From NCBI RefSeq assembly GCF_009914755.1, contig NC_060930.1: a stretch of 64,000 bases of DNA. The stretch is one strand, 5' to 3'. Shown one piece after another: positions 35,329-55,300 of this stretch. The notes below the pieces were generated by a model. That model saw nothing but the letters and a program-made list of their open reading frames with translations. It was not told where the DNA came from and did no database searches. A program made the translations under genes and the position numbers. Each line of letters begins with the position of its first letter. Within the stretch, counting starts at the first letter, position 1. This DNA comes from the human T2T-CHM13v2.0 reference genome, Homo sapiens.

Positions 35329-37651
35329 TAGTAGAGATGGCGTTCTCCATATGGTCAGGCTGGTCTCGAACTCCTGACCTCAGGTGATCTGCCTGCCTTG
35401 GCCTCCCAAAGTGCTGGGATTACAGGCATGAGCCACTGCGCCCAGCCAGGAACTCTTTTTCACTCCACCAGGCATTACCTATTATCCCAAGAGCAGTGTT
35501 TCTCAACCTTTTATCATTATTGTCCTTCCAAGGAAAAAAAAACACAAATTTAAATTATATTTAACAAGGCAAAGTAATTACTAAGAAGTAAAATATTGTT
35601 GGGTAGGTCTGGGCACTGTGGGGCCAAAAACTATGGTACTGACTTTTTTGTGTCCTCCTTCAAGAACTTACTTGTATTCTGCCAGGGTGACACTGTTGTG
35701 AATTGCTCTCATACAGATGTCACTAAACGTTTGGGTTTCTTGTTTTTGAGACAGGGTCTCATTCTGTCATCCAGGCTGGAGTGCAGTGGCATGATCATGG
35801 TTGACTACAGCCTTGAACTCCTGGGTTCAAGCGATCTTCCCACCTCACAGCCTCCCAAGCAGCTAGGAGTACAGGTGCACACCACCATGTCCGGCTAATT
35901 TTTAAATTTTTTGTAGAGACAGGGTTGCACTTTGTTGCCCAAGCTGGTCTTAAAACTTCTGGGCTCAAGCAATCCACCTGCCTTGGCCTCCCAAAGTGCT
36001 AGGATTTCAAGTATGAGGCAGCACGCCTGGCCAATGTTTGTTGAATGTATCAGGTAGTGAATGGTGATCAAAAGTTTTAATGACATTGCAAGTAAATTTC
36101 CTTTGACTGGAATCATATAATAACTATAAAATCTGATGTAGAGAGAAAGCATCAGCTAGGAATCAAAACACTGAATATCAATTTATGGCTCTTTACTGAC
36201 TAGTTGCAAGATCTTAAATTTCTTATCCTAGGGAAATTTGTTCTTAATAAGCATCACTTGAGGCACATTCTAAGCTCTCCCCAAGTATGAAAACTGCTGG
36301 CCTAAATAATATCAAAATCCCTTCCGGCTCTGACATTCTGTGAGTCTATTATTTTTTGTAGCTTGACTTCTTACAGATCTTAAAGGGTAAATAATATAAC
36401 TACAATCAGAATCATGCTGACTTCTGGGTGTTGTCAACAACATGGATAGCCCCTGAATTAAAATCAGTAAGTTAAAGGATTAACATTTTTCCCTAAATAT
36501 TTTTTAAGGAGTTCTGCTAACAAGTGGAGAACTTATTTTAGTAACTCTTATTTTGCTGGAATACCCAGCAGAAGTAGTTTCATAGAACAATAAAATAACC
36601 AAAGCCAAACTAAGAAGTGGCTTTTGATGAGCAACAGGAGAGAATATGGATAATTAGGGCCTGGATAATTTGAAACTATCCCCACCGGCTGGTAATGAAA
36701 CAGCTGCTCTATAAGGCAAGGTCTCATTCAGCATTAATATGATTATGCTGTCTGTATGAACATTTTAAAGAACTGGATAAGATTAAATGCTGTTCAAAGA
36801 TTACTTATAAGCTATTTAATGATCAGAAGCATTATCTCCTATTGCTCTGTTGGACTGTAAAGAGATCAGAGGTCTTGAAGCAAGTGCTCTTAGCATGATC
36901 ACACTGTGACTCTACATCCCCAATATGGAAAAAATTTCACTGTAAGAAATTTGAATAGTGCCTACATTCTAGAAGAATTTCAATAAGCCATGCAAAAAAG
37001 ATGTTACATAAATAACTGAAACCTGAAAAATATCACAGCAAGCAAGGAAGCATGCAAGCTGGTGTTAATAACTTACATTATTAATAACGTGCCTTCAAAT
37101 GCAGGCACATTATTTGCCAATCCATAAATAATAGGCTTGAGGAAGTCTGTGGACCCTCTGGAATCAAATGGAAAACTGTATTTGCCTATATGCACTTCTC
37201 TTAGAAGGTCAACATATTCTGGGGCCGAGTGGTAAGTTAACCATTCACAGTTCTGGCAATTGTCCTTCAAAAACAGTTTATTTTAAGATATACACTTAAA
37301 TTCAGAGAGTTACAGCTATATTAGAGGAATTATTCACATTAAAAGTAGTTTCTTTAAATAAACTAGACTCCTGTGTACACAGTTAGTTTACAGATCACTA
37401 TCTACTTGGCTTAGAGCTACCTGGAGGGAAGCCATAGGTATCTTCAGTTTGTGGCTCAGGACACAAACTGTCTCTTACGATCCTATCTGGTAAATCAGGA
37501 TCTGTGTTAACTCTGATCATGAGATCGTAAGGACTGGAAAGGACTCAGACAGAACTCTGTTTTTAGAAAAGATTCCCTTAAGCCATTTTAAACACTGAAA
37601 TGAAGATCTAGAGAGATGCAAAAGACAACTACAAAACCAAAAACCCATTAC

Positions 37652-37761
37652 CTGTCAGTATCGCCATATACAACCCTAGCCCCCCATTTCTTGGTATCAT
37701 TCACCAGTTTAATAGCTCGTTCCAAGGTCTCTCTGGCTTTGTGAACAATACTATCGCCAAC
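37652..37761 (-). CDS. REV3L: REV3L exon with catalytic motif C (YGDTD, D2781/D2783)
   Basis: CAACAG acceptor, AG/GTAATG donor; VGDSIVHKARETLERAIKLVNDTKKWGARVVYGDTD(S); 110 nt, phase 0-2. Confidence 0.99.
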
Positions 37762-37946
37762 CTGTTGGTACAAACACATTGGAAATAATTTCTTAACATA
37801 GCTCAGTATAAGTTAACAGACTTTAACATATAATACATTTAATTACTAAATATTTCCAGAAATGAAACGAGAAAAGAACGTAAAAAAGAAATCAAAATAG
37901 CCATCAGTATCATCATTCTTTCTACAAGTACTCAAGAAGAAACTGA

Positions 37947-44565
<6,619 letters not shown>

Positions 44566-44614
44566 CACTGTATTTTAGTCTCTTTTGAAAAAACTACAGA
44601 TTTGTATCACTTAC

Positions 44615-44821
44615 CTCAATGCATGGCATTCTCCCAGAAAAATTAGCAGATGTATAGCCAAATGTGACATTTGCTATCAGCTTAAGTCCCAACTGACGCG
44701 CATCAAGCATTCGTGACAGGGCTCTGTCTTGCTTGTAAGCCTTCATTGACTGCTTCACCATAAATCTAGTCTTCAAAATTTCTTCAAGCATTCTTGGTAG
44801 TACACCTTTTCTTACTGAAGG
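44615..44821 (-). CDS. REV3L: REV3L exon with motif B (fingers)
   Basis: TGATAG acceptor, GAG/GTAAGT donor; PSVRKGVLPRMLEEILKTRF...RQLGLKLIANVTFGYTSANFSGRMPCIE; 207 nt. Confidence 0.99.
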
Positions 44822-45244
44822 CTATCATAAAGAAAAAAAATGTTTAAAACCCCTCAAACATTATAGATTTACATAATTAAGAAGGAAGCATAAAACATAA
44901 TAATGGCCAACTGTCAGGAATTGAAACATGCTAACAACAGAGTGACCATAGTATTAGTGGCCGTCAATATAAAATCATCACATTTTATTTCTTGGAAGAG
45001 GATTTCTCCTAAATGGTTCCTGCAATGTTTATAAATCTAACAGAGCACTTCTATGTGAGTTCAGAGACCTCCAGGGAGGAGGATGTCAACTAGTGCATAA
45101 GTGACCATACAACAACTTCAGAGGGAAATTTTGTTCGAAACTTTGACAGAAACCCCCATTCTTTCAAAATGACACATGGGACTTGTATCACTCATAACCA
45201 ACTCAGTTTTTAAAGATCTCATCCTAATGACCCCACACAGAAAT

Positions 45245-45372
45245 CTGCATGGAACTCCATTTATCTACCTTGGAAGAATGATGAGCTGGGTTGACTCTGC
45301 TGACATTCAAACCTGCAGTTCCAGGGACTCTAGGTATTTCAAATCTGATGCTTAGACCACTAAGCCATCCCC
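45245..45372 (-). mobile_element. Ancient tRNA-derived SINE remnant (MamSINE1-like)
   Basis: Minus strand A box TGGCTTAGTGG, B-box-like GGTTTGAATG, then GTCAACCCAGCTCATCATTCTTCCAAGGTAGATAAATGGAG core-like segment. Confidence 0.5.
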
Positions 45373-46758
45373 TCCGGCCTACATTTATTAGCAATCTGGA
45401 AGAGGGGATGAATAGTGAGGTGATAAAATTTGTTGATGCCAAAAAAAAAATCATTTGTATTCATCAAGACTAGGGAGAATTTATGAGAACTCCAGTAGGA
45501 ATGAAAACCACAAAACAGTATTAACTTTGATGATGATTCACAGACACGTGCAAGGTAATGCATGTCAGACCTAACAATTAAAATCTCAGGTATAGGATAT
45601 TCACACACCTGAATATTTAAAAAATCTTATTTTCATTAAGCTTTACACACTGGGTCCAAAAGTAGATGCAAGTTTAAAAAAAAGCTGTTAAAGGGAGATA
45701 ATAAGCTGCTAGATATGCGACAATGGAACATATTCTAACCTCTAATTCATTTGGTGTACATTTTGAAGCAGCCATAATGTTTTAAGACATAAGATAAAAA
45801 GAACAGGGACCAAATTCGCAGAAATGTGACTGGAAAACTGATTTTTATATAGAGACCCATTTAATAAAAAAAAATCTGTTTCCATTTCTCCAAGTAGATC
45901 TCATCTACATCAGTCCTTAGAAATACTACATTTTAAAATTTTCCAAAAAGAAACATACCATGAACTCTTTGGTTAAAATTTTCTTCATCTACATGGCTAA
46001 TTTTAGTTTAGTATTCCCTCTTACTGGTAGAGAATGATGCCACTTTTGATATAGTACACCAGAATGAATTTGAGGGCTGGTGGGGTCCACTCTACCATCA
46101 ACCACTCTACTGTCTCATGATTCTAGTACAGACTCACTGCTAAGAAAATAGAAAAGAAAGGAATAAAGTTGGCATTTAAGAGGCAATATAATCTTCTTTT
46201 AAGATGTCTCTTATTTGTCTTTAATTTGTAAAGTTTTCCTCTGTCTCTTTTGAGGGGAGATACAGGAGAGAAAAAAGGGACCCTATTTTTAGTTTGGATA
46301 TCTTCTGAAAAATATAAACAATAAGCCTATTAGAGTATCATTAATTCTAAGATAGTCTTAATTTAAAATAATGTAGAAGAACAACTAGTAGCATCTACAC
46401 ATTAAAACAATTTAAATCTTTGTAGGTAATATATTTTGACCATTAAGTTGCCATTTAAGTCTGCCTGATTCTAATAAAGGGCAGAAAGTATAAGCATACG
46501 TTTATTTCTTTCAATATTTCGTTAACTAAAATTTAACAATTTAAAGATTTAAAACCTAAATTCAAGAAAAACAAGGTGACTGGTTTGTTCCTGAAGTGAT
46601 TTCTTAGAAGATTCTCATATCTTTGACTTTTTGAGATAAAATATTCAAGCAAACTCGGTGTTTTTGTTTTCTATTATGTGCCAACAATATCTAAACCATT
46701 ATCAGCTCTCCAAAAGTTAAGCCATAGTTGTTATCTTTCATTTACAAGAGAGTATTAC

Positions 46759-46867
46759 CTTGACAAAAGCTACTCCATTGGGGGACACTGTGATATCATG
46801 CCTAACTTGGTAAAGTAAATCTGGAGGTACTCTCAGAGAGGTACAGCCAAATTTGAACTCATCATAC
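46759..46867 (-). CDS. REV3L: REV3L exon
   Basis: TAACAG acceptor, AAG/GTAATA donor; YDEFKFGCTSLRVPPDLLYQVRHDITVSPNGVAFVK; 109 nt, phase 2-0. Confidence 0.98.
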
Positions 46868-47088
46868 CTGTTAAGAAAGAGAACATTAAGCAAATACTTC
46901 CTCAAATCATAGAACAGAGATTTTACGCAATTTAAAAAATCTTTCTAACTCCATTAGAAATTCATTTTCAAACATCTAAACAAGAATTCATGTACTTAGT
47001 AATATGTTTATTTGCCTCATTACCAAAATAGTTTTTCAAATATTCACAATTTATTACAAGAAACATTTCTTAAATGGCACTATCCTAA

Positions 47089-47359
<271 letters not shown>

Positions 47360-48205
47360 TAGCCAGGATGGTCTCGATCTCCTAACCTCATGATCTGCCC
47401 GCCTTGGCCTCCCAAAGTGCTGGGATTACAGGTGTGAGCCACCACGTCCAGCCCAATCATCTTATACTAAATTACTTAAATAAAAATTTATTTTAACATC
47501 CTTGTGAATATATTTAAAGAATAATTTAAACCTTAAATAGAAATACTGTAAATCTTGTAAATTTTCCAAATTCCTGTTTTTAATAAAAAGACAGGATTAC
47601 CAATATAATTTCCACAGATGCTTTCTATGAAGGAATATAGGATATACTAAAACCAACACATGATCTCAAATACGCAAAAATCAATAAAAAGGAAGACTCC
47701 GTTATTTCCTACAATTTAAGAAAAGTATCTAATCCTTTGAGAATTTAAAATGTTATTATCAGTTTATAAAATTTAATTTACATTAATTAATAAAACCTAA
47801 CATTTAATTTTTAAAATCCTGGACTATTTATAAGAAAAATAAAGAGGAGGTCTAGTTGAAGTTATAAGATCATAATCCTCAAACTGTTCCACTGAAAGGT
47901 AATTTACATCAACAATTTAACTTTCATTTTAAAAGAGACTATAGTTACATATGGAGTGAAACAGTTGCAAGGCTGACCTATTCCCAATCCTCTTCATGAG
48001 TCATCCATCCATGAAGCTGGATTAATCATATGGTGATCCATGTCAATTGGTAAGACAACTATAATGAATGGATTAGCTGGGATACAGTCCATTTATCTTG
48101 CTCATAGGGAAGGTGTCCAGAGCAAAGAGACACTCAGAAAGTGTCTAATTTTAGTAAGAAGTACAAAGCACAACAATATTATTGTAAATGTGAAAAAAAC
48201 CTTAC

Positions 48206-48450
48206 TTTCCCAAGTTCTCCACATGGCCAAGGCAGGTGGAAAAGCAGTAGTTATATGCAATCACAATAGAAGGATAAAGTGATTGGAAATCCAAAACGAG
48301 AACAGAGTTGCTATAGAAGCGGGATTCAGGCTCCATAATTAGAGGAACACACTGTGGGGCTCTCATCTGGGATCTTTGCTGAACACTAGGTGTCACAGGA
48401 ATATAGTTCATTGGTTTAGCAATACGCAACATCATTGATTCCACACGGTA
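48206..48450 (-). CDS. REV3L: REV3L exon with catalytic motif A (LDFQSLYPS, D2614)
   Basis: CTGCAG acceptor, AA/GTAAGG donor; YRVESMMLRIAK...VLVLDFQSLYPSIVIAYNYCFSTCLGHVENLG; 245 nt, phase 0-2. Confidence 0.99.
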
Positions 48451-48549
48451 CTGCAGGGAGAAAGGGAGGTGAGAAGAGAAGAAACACAGTTAAATATATT
48501 GGTCATTTGAATATATAATCATTTGAGGATAATCTGCTTTTCAGAATAA

Positions 48550-48873
<324 letters not shown>

Positions 48874-49045
48874 TAGTCAGCTTTCAGATGCGAAAAGGGA
48901 TATATGTAAATCCTTTTCCTATTCCTACGACTTTTATAAAAACTATAAAACATGTCAAATAACTTAAAAGATAAGTCAATTTTAAAAGACAGATGCAATT
49001 AGATCTCTTTTTATTTTTATTATTTACTTATTTATTTTGAGATGA

Positions 49046-49300
<255 letters not shown>

Positions 49301-49379
49301 TGAGCCACTGCACCTGGCCCTCTTTGTATTTAAATACAGCTACACCATAATAAAAAACTGTAGGACAGACAGCTGTATA

Positions 49380-50120
49380 GTTTGACAATTTCGTTTAAGA
49401 AGTTGGTTGATAATCCTGGAGAAATTTATTTGGGAAAATTAGAGAATTAAAAAGCTGTCAGGAGACTTAAGATAGAAAATGTTATCCCAGTTTTTCAAAG
49501 AAAGAAACAAAATGATTATAGAATTATAAAGTATTGAATGTGGCTTTTGTTGTGGAAATAATTAAAAAATAAAAAAAAAGAACTGAATAGTAATCAGCTT
49601 ATTACTGGTCCCTAGCAAAACTGAATCAAGCAATTACTGGTATGTTTGTTTCTAATAATAACTATTAGAAGGCTTGGGGTATTAGAAAAAAAATTACTCA
49701 CAAGAACCAGCCTGGGTTCACTGAAGTATTCTCATGAGGTTTTAAGGTATTTTTGCCTTTTATTACAGACTAGCTCAAACAGTTGTTAAATTTGATGGGT
49801 ATAAATAAAATAAATAGCTTATAAGCAATTAAATGAAATAAACAGGTAAAACAAACGTAGTTGGAACTCTATTTTTGCTATATTTACTGAACTGGTTGAT
49901 TATGTTATAGACACAGGTAATTAAAATAAGTAAGGATTTTACAACATTAAGGAATCTGAGTGTTTTAATATGGTATCGCTGATGCCTACCACCGTGCTTA
50001 ACAAACTACAGGTATTCAAATACATATTTGTTGAATATATAAAATCATTTTCAGCAAGGCGTTTAGTAAAAATCTCTCATTATATCCTTGGGAAATTACT
50101 TAGATATGAATTAAATGGCT
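49380..50120 (+). mobile_element. CR1/L3 LINE RT remnant
   Basis: Degenerate, correctly ordered CR1 RT motifs: NVIPVFQ (~49480), QPGFT (~49710), FSKAF (~50050). Confidence 0.5.
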
Positions 50121-50550
50121 TCTTAGGTTTCTTTTTTTATAACATTTAAAAAAGTTACATAGTCCACTTATATTGATTTTCAAGCTTTTTATTTTTATAT
50201 TAAAATTATCTATGGGAAGTTTTAACAAGCCAAAATTAAAAATGTAAAACAAAAGAAAGGTACTTTCTTTGTTGCTTCTCTAGTTTTAAGGGACATCTTT
50301 AATCACAGTAACAATATTCAGGAATATTATATCCTTAAGGGCATGGACATTTATTTTCTTAATACCATAAAAAACTTGGCAGTGGCCGGAAAGTTGGCAT
50401 AGAAAGAGAATAAAATGACAAGATTTAATTACCCAGCTATTGATTAGTTGGTACCAAACAGAAAGTTTAAAAAGTCAAATCACTTCAAACATCACAAAAG
50501 TGTATCACTCATACAGAACTTTCAAGTCTGCAAGAAAACTGATTTCCCAC

Positions 50551-50692
50551 CTGTGAACCCCTTGTCAGTACATGTAAAAACTGAATGCCAAAAAGTCTAG
50601 CCATCTCACTGGTTTTCCCAATCAGGTCCAGCTGTTCTAACATTTGGAGATTTCCACGGACACGGCTAACATAATGATCAACCATTTTCCAT
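50551..50692 (-). CDS. REV3L: REV3L exon
   Basis: TAACAG acceptor, CAG/GTGGGA donor; WKMVDHYVSRVRGNLQMLEQLDLIGKTSEMARLFGIQFLHVLTRGSQ; 142 nt, phase 2-0. Confidence 0.98.
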
Positions 50693-51584
50693 CTGTTAAA
50701 AAAGAATCCACATTATGAACATCAGGGAAAAATTTGGACACTTGAAAACAGTACTTTTTTTCCTGCCAAAAATCTACATGCTAAAAGTGAGGTTACTTAA
50801 GGAAAGAGTAATGATATGAGCCTTTAAGCAAAGTATGCTAAGGAATTAAACATTAGAAAATTTTAGGTATTTCAAGGGCATGAAAACCAGTAAAGATACA
50901 CAAAATTTAAAATAGTACTTGTGATTAGGTGGTAAGATTAAGGATCACTCTTTTTCAATATTTTGCTTGATGTTGCTCTATTCTTTTTTTTTCTATTCTT
51001 ATTATAGAAAATTAACATTCTCCTTTAAGATACAGCTGCTGATTATGCAATAATTATTTATCATATCTATAGATTTTTAAAGAACATGAAGGGTCTGGGT
51101 TATCATTGTAAGTCTAAAATAAAAACATGCACTATGTTCATGGCAAAAAAAAAAGAGTAATTTGGTGAAGATTTAGAAAAATCAGGAACATAAATTTTAG
51201 TGAGATAATACATGGGTTAAACATATTTCAATAAGTATTTTTTGTTAAAATATAAAAGTTCTGTTTTTCAGTTTAAACCTTAAATTTAACCTCTTTACCT
51301 TACCTTCTTAAGAAAACAAACAATAAAACCCTCAGCAAATCCATAAAAAGAATTTTAATATTATAAGATGTAAAAATGACCCAGAAGTATACTATAAGGA
51401 ATAAAATTTATTCATTTGAAGATTAAGGTTCACATATATTGTAATCTTTAATTACATTGCTTTTAGAACAATATAGTCACATAATTGTCTAATAAATGTG
51501 TTTAAAGACCTTTTCCTCAGACACATGACTAATGCTTAATAGAAAAACTAGAAAATGCATGTGAAGGAAGAAAAAAATACCCTA

Positions 51585-52370
51585 TTATAAAAAAGATAAT
51601 AACAGTATATTACCAAGAAAGTAGAGACATTGGAATCCTCATATACTGCTGGTGGGAACGTAAAATAGAGTAGTTGCTTGGGAAGATAATTTGGCAGTTC
51701 CTCAAACAGTTAAACATAGAGTTACCATATAATCCACCAAAAATTCTACTCCTAGGTACATATCCAAAAGGAATGAAAGAGGGTATCTACACAAAAAACT
51801 ATATATCAATGTTCATTACAGTATTAATCATAGTAGCCCAAAGTGGAAACAACCAAAATGTCTATCAACTGATGAAGAAATAAAATGCAGTATATATCCA
51901 TACGATACAGTATTATTCAGCAATAAAAGAAATACTGAAAGATGCTATAACATGGACAATTCTGGACAGCATTATGCTAAAAGAAGCCAGCCACAAAAGA
52001 TTACATATTGCACGATTCTGTTCATGTGAAATGTTGAGGACAGTCAAATTTATTTGGGAAAATTAGAGAATTAAAAAGCTGTCAGGGGACTTAAGATAGA
52101 AATCTATGGGGACAGAAAATAGATCAGCGGTTGTCTAAGGCAAGAGGTAGAGGGTGGGGGGACTCTGGTGGAGGGGGTGATAGGAGTGATGAAAGGTTGA
52201 AGAGTGGTGGCTAGGTGATGCAGGATTTCCATTTAGAGTAATTAAAATATTATAAAACTTACTGTGATGATGTTGTACAACTCTGAATATACTGAAAGCC
52301 AGTGAATTATATACTTTAAATGGGTAAATTGTATGATATACAAATTATATCTGAATAAAGCTGTTAAAAC
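51585..52370 (+). mobile_element. L1M (MB/MC-like) 3' end
   Basis: Decayed ORF2 C-terminus (WQFLKQLNIELPY) and 3' UTR ending AATAAAGCTGTTAAAA. Confidence 0.85.
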
Positions 52371-55300
52371 ATTAGGCAAACATGAAAGAATCCTAAACTC
52401 TATAAATGTTTAAGAAACAGAAATTTTGTTTCATAATTTACATTTTTAACTTAATATACTGACTCCCCATATTTATGTTTTGTAGCTATCGAGCGTGCTA
52501 TTGTATAATGATAACATATTTAATCGAAACACTTACTGAATATCTTTTATTACTGTAAGCAATGGTATGATGAACATTTTTAAAGCTAAGTCTTTATACA
52601 GATGATTAAATAATTCCTTAAAATAAATTCCTAGATTTGGTCAGTTTTCAATACCTAACAATACACTGCTTTCCAGAAAGGTTTTAATAATTTATATTCA
52701 TACTAGTGATGATAAAGTGCTTGTTTCCTTGTATATTTGTTAACAATGAAGATTATAGTTTTTAAAATTATTATGAGTTTGATAGACAAAAAATGATACA
52801 TTTTAATCTGCATTGTTTTGTTTTAGATCATTAATGTAACCCCTCAACAATACAAAACTGCAAAGTGTAAATCTGAAATAATGCATTATGTACAAATCAG
52901 ATCAGTCCCTTTAAAATAGAACAAAATGGATTTAATGGCTCACCACTCCTTCAGGATGTGTGGATTTATCTATGGAGAGTGCAGAAAAAGGAGATAACAT
53001 TTACACTTTGCCCTCTCAACATATGGACAGAGAGCTGACCTGGAGAAACATGCCAAATGAGATACCAAAATAGTGAGACACCAACATAATTTCTGAAAAT
53101 GCCAGGCAGCACACAAGCATTTTGCTGAGATTTGTAAAACATGAGAAAAATAAGTGTTAAGTCTCAACCAACACAGGTTTAACAGAAAACTTTAAAAAGG
53201 TATGTATTACACATATATAAGAATCTGTTTCAACAGATAATCATGCTGACTGGGCACGAATATTTCCTTGAAATCTGTAGGTGGTGATTCAGGAGAAGAG
53301 TTACCAATTGAAGTATGTTGACGATAATTTGTTTCGGAAAATGTGTTTTAAAACATACTGGTTTATTTTCTTTGTTTACTCCAGTCTAAAGTCCTTTTTT
53401 TTTTTTTAAATAAGACTGATCTTGCCAATAGGTTTTTGTAATTCATGGTACAATTAAGAAACATAATCAGCAGATTAAGAATTCCTTTAGTAAGGTAAAC
53501 ATTTGAATATTTCAGGATTTTTTTCCTTTGATAATTGTTCATGTCTTTTACCCTTTTTTTTACTAATTTAAAAGTATATAATATAGTTAATATACATAAC
53601 TGTTACGGTGAAAATGGTTTTCCTAGGTTGATGTTAGCTTTTTACTTTTGTTGATGTTATTTAATGAAGTACAGAAGTTTGTTTTTGGGCAAAAATGGTG
53701 AAAGTAAGTCTAATACTTTATATACAAAACTGATTAAACTGAATCTTAAAGGTTCCTGATTTAAGTGATTTGACTAAGATCAACTCTATTTTTTTAGGCA
53801 GTATAGTCTATTAGAACTTAAATAAATGGATATAATAGTATATTTCAAAAGAAATATTTTTACTATGCTACATATAACTAACTCTTTTTAAAAAGTGGAA
53901 ATGGTTTATTTCACATTTTGAAGAATATAGTCTAAGAGATTTTCACATATTGGTTGACAGCACAGACTTTGGAGTGAGATAGTCGTAGGTTCAAATTGTG
54001 GCTCTACTGCAAGCTGCTACGTGACCCTAGGCAAATCATTTAACTCTCTAGTTTTCAGTTTCTGTATGTGTGAAACAGTGGTTTCACTGTTGTAAGGTGA
54101 AACTGTTGTAAGGTGTTAGGCAAAAGCAAAAACTTAATAACCTTTGCTGCTATTATTATGATAATTATGGTAATTACTATTTCCCCATTTCATTCAGAAT
54201 CTAATTCTCTATCCTGAAAAGAAAGACGTACCAATTAATTAACATTTATTGAGAGCCTTCTGTGTGTTGAAGACTCATACTATCTCATTTAATTCTTACT
54301 TCACTTCATGAGGTAGAATATATTAACATCTCTCTATTATAGATAAGAAAACTGAGGATTACTGTAAGACTAATCCATCCTAGTTTACAAACCTAGTACA
54401 CTAGAACCTGAGATTTTGGCCAAATAAACGAAAACATGATGAAAAGAAAACAAGATAATACATTATAAATGAGTAACTGTCTTGTTAAATTTCTATCATC
54501 ACAGCAAAGTACTCATTTCCTCACTAACAAAAATGGTAGACCATTTTGTGAAATGAATGCTTATTCATTTCACACTAAATGTATTCCTCTCCACTGACTG
54601 GTAACCAAGTAATATAAACAAATTAGATGCATCTTATCTTTCATAACTAAAGGTTAATTTAACAAGGGACATTTTATCTTATACAGTTTATCCAGCAGGT
54701 AACAACTGCTGTTTTCTGATCTAAATCTGCTGACCTATAGGCATGAATATAAAAAATACTTTGAATGGCTAATTTAAAAAAATGTATTTTAGACTTTTTA
54801 ATTTAAAAAAGTGATCTTTCCGAAATAAAATCATCATCCTTTCTACTTTCGGGTCCTATCTGACTAACCATATAACATAAAAGAGAAAGAGTAATTGTGG
54901 CCTTTACTTATGGTTAAAGGAGAAGATTGACTTTTGTTAGTTTTTTAAATTGTTGTTAAAGAATTATGCCATCCTCCTAATGCTTTGTCAAACTTAACGG
55001 TAATAAATACAAGTTTTGATCCGGAAAGGAGGAAGGGAAACATACTTATAAAGCACATGCTACTCAGGATAGGCTTGGGTAGTGCTGAAATGGGAACTTA
55101 GAGCATCCTGAAGGCATGGATATTTTTCAAGATAGTTCATCTGGGGAGAAGGTGACAAAAAAGGAGACAGGAGAATCCCGAGTACAAAATTCACTTATTC
55201 TGAAGTTTTTCTGTGGACTGGCTCTATACTCAGCAAATAGAAAAGAAAATTTCTTATATTATCTTCTTCAGCTACAGAACTCTGCTCCCAGGATATACCT

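Noticed and set aside
45268-45610. Possible cryptic exon (TATTCAG acceptor at 45609, AAG/GTAGAT donor)
   Set aside because: Weak donor, 341-nt length and no supporting regulatory motifs.
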